Below, piece by piece: positions 60,929-64,000 of a stretch of DNA of 64,000 nucleotides. The position numbers were made by a program, and so were the translations under genes. The notes beneath the pieces were generated by a model. The model was given only the letters and a program-made list of their open reading frames with translations. It had not been told where the DNA came from and did no database searches. The stretch's first letter is position 1, and every line of letters begins with the position of its first letter. The stretch comes from Candidatus Saccharimonadota bacterium (lineage in GTDB: Bacteria > Patescibacteriota > Saccharimonadia > Saccharimonadales > Saccharimonadaceae), in NCBI GenBank assembly GCA_017447485.1, contig JAFSNI010000013.1:38063-102062 (forward strand), read 5' to 3'.

Positions 60929-62383
60929 ATGGTAGCAAGAATTATTAGATTAATCGCTTTCTTTGTTTATATTTTCTGTGCCACTTTTGTTTGTATTATT
61001 TTCACCATGCTTTCCGTCCTGCCTATTAAGTACCTCACTATCCTGATTGCCATCTCGCTCGGTCTTGCCGCTATTTTTGGCCTTTTCACCTTCAAAAAAG
61101 AGTTCAAAAATTCTCAAAAACTTACAAAAACTCTTAAAATTATTAATATCGTCTTCGAAATCATCTTTTCCGCCGTTTTTATCATCGTTTTTATTTATCT
61201 TAACCACACCATGAATTTCATGGATTCTATCCGTGCATCTGAATATCAGATCGACAATTATTCCGTTCTAGTTAAAAAAGACTCCAAATTCAAAACCATC
61301 GAAGATCTCCACTACGGCACTATCGCCACCTATGATGACGGCTCCGCAACTTACTCCGAAGCCCTTGATAAACTCGCCGAAAAAATCAAATACAAAAAAG
61401 TTGAAGAAGCCAATCTCGGCGCCGCCGTTGCCGCCATCGTAAATAACAAAACCGACTCATTATTTATCAAAAGCTCTCTGACCGATCTTGCTACCGAAGT
61501 CTTTGAGGGCTTCAATATCGAAGATTACAATAATTTATATACCGTCACCATTAAGACCAAAATCGAAAATCGCGAAGCCTCCAACATCGACGTCACCAAA
61601 GACTCCTTCAACATTTATATTAGCGGTATCGACACTTACGGCGACATCGCCACCGTCGCAAGAAGTGACGTCAATATGATTATCACGGTTAATCCTAAAG
61701 CCCATAAAATCCTTTTGACCAGCATTCCTCGCGACTACTATGTCCAGCTCCACGGTACCACTGGCTTAAAAGACAAGCTCACCCATTCTGGCCTCTACGG
61801 TATCGACATGACCATTAACACCATCGAAGACCTTCTCGGCATAAACATCAACTATTATATCCGTGTCAATTTTGACTCTACCATCAACCTTATTGATGCG
61901 CTCGGCGGCGTTGATGTTACCCCAGATATCACCTTCTCTCGGCTCACCGACGGTCGCTGGTGTTCCTACTACGAAGGCATTTCCAACCACCTCGACGGTT
62001 TCTGCGCCCTTCGCTATGCCCGCGAACGCAAGGCCTATGGCGCTGGCGACTTACACCGCATCCAAAACCAACAGGAAGTCCTCATGTCCATTATAGACAA
62101 ACTCACTTCCTCCAAAGCTCTCCTCACTAGCTACACCAAAATCCTTGCTTCCCTCAGCGGTAGTCTCGAAACCAACATCCCAAGCGGCCAAATCTATGCC
62201 CTCGTCAATGAACAATTGAACTCTATGCCATCTTGGACCATTGAAAGAATTAGCTTAAACGGCACCCATATCGACGCCCCAACTTACACCATCAGCACTG
62301 AGTATCTTTACGTTTTCGAACCTATCCCGGAATCCATTACTGAAGTCACCGCCAAAATCCAAGAAGTCATGGCGGAAAATTAA
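60929..62383 (+). CDS. LCP (LytR-CpsA-Psr) family glycopolymer transferase, CpsA-like
   Basis: Three TM segments, SGIDT, RSDVN, SIPRDYYV, ALRYARER, R..NQQ. Confidence 0.92.
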   Translation: MVARIIRLIAFFVYIFCATFVCIIFTMLSVLPIKYLTILIAISLGLAAIFGLFTFKKEFKNSQKLTKTLKIINIVFEIIFSAVFIIVFIYLNHTMNFMDSIRASEYQIDNYSVLVKKDSKFKTIEDLHYGTIATYDDGSATYSEALDKLAEKIKYKKVEEANLGAAVAAIVNNKTDSLFIKSSLTDLATEVFEGFNIEDYNNLYTVTIKTKIENREASNIDVTKDSFNIYISGIDTYGDIATVARSDVNMIITVNPKAHKILLTSIPRDYYVQLHGTTGLKDKLTHSGLYGIDMTINTIEDLLGININYYIRVNFDSTINLIDALGGVDVTPDITFSRLTDGRWCSYYEGISNHLDGFCALRYARERKAYGAGDLHRIQNQQEVLMSIIDKLTSSKALLTSYTKILASLSGSLETNIPSGQIYALVNEQLNSMPSWTIERISLNGTHIDAPTYTISTEYLYVFEPIPESITEVTAKIQEVMAEN

Positions 62384-62405
62384 ATAACCTGCTATAATAA
62401 CCATA

Positions 62406-63386
62406 ATGGACATGGTTATTCGAATAATTTTACTTATTGTCGGTTTCATTCTGCTCATCAAAGGCGCTGACTGGCTCATCGACGGCGCTTCCTCAACCGC
62501 CTCACATTTTAAGGTATCTAAACTCCTAATCGGCCTCACGATTATTGCCTTCGGCACCGGCGCGCCAGAACTCGCTGTTTCCGTCTCGTCTCTCTTAAAC
62601 GGCACTACAGATATGCTCCTCGGCAACGTCATTGGCAGCAACATCTTAAATATCTTGCTCCTCATCGGCATCGCCGCCGTCATCCGCCCCATCCGCATCA
62701 AGAAAGACACTGTCGCTAAAGAACTCCCGCTTTTACTCTTAATTTCTACCGTCATTATTGTCCTCTTCCTGGATACTCTCCTTGTTAGTGCCGACCAAAA
62801 CACCATTTCTCGCGCCGACGGTATTATTTGTTTGCTTTGTTTCTCGGTTTTCATTTTCTACATTATTTCCATGGCTCGCAAGAACCGCGCCGCTAAAACC
62901 GAAGTCGAAAAACCAAAGTTCAGACTCGGCATTTCTCTCCTCTTGATTCTCATTGGTCTCGCTGGCGTCGTCGGTGGCTCCGAGCTCGTCGTTAGCTCCG
63001 CCTCCACTATCGCCGCTTCTATTGGCATTTCTGACCGCATGATTGCTCTCACTATCGTCGCCTTCGGCACTTCTCTCCCAGAGCTCATCACCACCATTAA
63101 GGCCGCAAAACGCGGCGAAAACGAACTTCTCGTCGGCAACATTATTGGCAGTAACATCTTCAACATCTGTATCGTCCTCGGTCTCCCAGTTGCTCTCTTC
63201 GGCACCATCACGCCAAGCAGCTTCGAGATTATCGATCTCATCATGCTCGTCGGCGCCACCGTTATCCTTCTTCTCGTCTCAAGAAGCGATCGCAAGATTA
63301 CTCGCCTCGAAGGCATCCTCATGCTCGCCATTTTCACGATTTATTATGGCTACATCATCACCAGCGCCATCACTTCTCTTTCCTGA
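62406..63386 (+). CDS. Calcium/sodium antiporter (YrbG-like)
   Basis: Two GT(G/S)xPE ... GNxIGSN alpha repeats. Confidence 0.92.
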   Translation: MDMVIRIILLIVGFILLIKGADWLIDGASSTASHFKVSKLLIGLTIIAFGTGAPELAVSVSSLLNGTTDMLLGNVIGSNILNILLLIGIAAVIRPIRIKKDTVAKELPLLLLISTVIIVLFLDTLLVSADQNTISRADGIICLLCFSVFIFYIISMARKNRAAKTEVEKPKFRLGISLLLILIGLAGVVGGSELVVSSASTIAASIGISDRMIALTIVAFGTSLPELITTIKAAKRGENELLVGNIIGSNIFNICIVLGLPVALFGTITPSSFEIIDLIMLVGATVILLLVSRSDRKITRLEGILMLAIFTIYYGYIITSAITSLS

Positions 63387-63412
63387 AAAACTATGATACA
63401 ATAATTAAAGAT

Positions 63413-63486
63413 GGTGCTGTGGCGGAGTGGTTACGCAGCGGTCTGCAAAACCGCGTACACCGGTTCAATTCCGGTCGGCACCTCCA
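63413..63486 (+). tRNA. tRNA-Cys(GCA)
   Basis: GGTGCTGTGGCGGAGTGGTTACGCA-GCGGT-CT-GCA-AA-ACCGC...GGTTCAATTCC...CCTCCA. Confidence 0.93.
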
Positions 63487-63500
63487 AAACTATTTTGAAT

Positions 63501-64000
63501 ATGAATATATTATATTGCGGTGATGATGGGATTAAGCGAGGCATTTTGGTTTCGATTTTGTCGCTCATCAAACACAACACCGAGCCGCTCGAAATTTATA
63601 TTGCAACAATCAATTATGAAAATGTAAAGCCGTTTCAAAAAAAGACAGCGGATTTTTTGAACTCATTAGTCAAAAAACAAAATCCCAAAAGTTTTGTTAA
63701 GCTAATCGACGCCACCGACGTTTTTACTAAAAATCTGCCAAAGAAAAATATGGGCTCATATTTCACGCCCTGCTCAATGCTTCGACTTTACATGGATAAA
63801 ATGCCCGAGCTAAAGGACTGCGATAAAATCCTTTATCTCGATTACGACGTCGTTTGCCGCAAAAGTCTTTCCGATTTTTATCACACCAACCTCGATGGCT
63901 TCGAAGCCGCCGGCGTCCTCGATATCTACGGCAAGCATTTTTACCATTACCACGGCTTAAAGCGCGATTATATGAACTCTGGCGTCATGTTGTTCAATTT
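63501..64000 (+). CDS. GT8 family glycosyltransferase (runs off the right edge)
   Basis: Not in the ORF track; hand translation MNILYCGD...VSILSL...MLRLY...KILYLDYDVV...YMNSGVMLFN. Confidence 0.85.
   Translation, partial: MNILYCGDDGIKRGILVSILSLIKHNTEPLEIYIATINYENVKPFQKKTADFLNSLVKKQNPKSFVKLIDATDVFTKNLPKKNMGSYFTPCSMLRLYMDKMPELKDCDKILYLDYDVVCRKSLSDFYHTNLDGFEAAGVLDIYGKHFYHYHGLKRDYMNSGVMLFN

Overview
A gene-dense 64-kb bacterial segment. Most genes are on the - strand, and the + strand is strongly C-rich. Gene content, short intergenic spacers and promoter style suggest a Patescibacteria/Saccharibacteria (TM7)-like genome; this is an inference, not a database result. It carries housekeeping genes (prfB, dus, a murI-murD fusion, secA, serS, hisS, glyQS, tyrS, ligA, pgk, pyk, uvrD/pcrA, HTH-murA and others), six tRNAs, and an AT-richer surface-glycan locus (~47.3-64 kb). 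The main finding is a split diversity-generating retroelement (DGR). At the left edge are a DGR reverse transcriptase (cut off by the window), an accessory gene with an Avd-like C-terminus, and a FISUMP/CLec target gene. About 34 kb away, next to tRNA-Glu, is a second cassette with no RT. It holds another FISUMP target, a 240-bp TR/VR pair with 19 of 20 mismatches at TR adenines, and a structured TR RNA with its own promoter. The 5' leader of that RNA can pair either with the RNA's own 3' end or, over 15 nt, with the target site where TR/VR homology ends. Other oddities: a possibly invertible 3-kb housekeeping block, an in-frame palindromic insertion in ligA, widespread leaderless promoters, a candidate sRNA, and a tRNA-Gly with a U19-A56 elbow pair.
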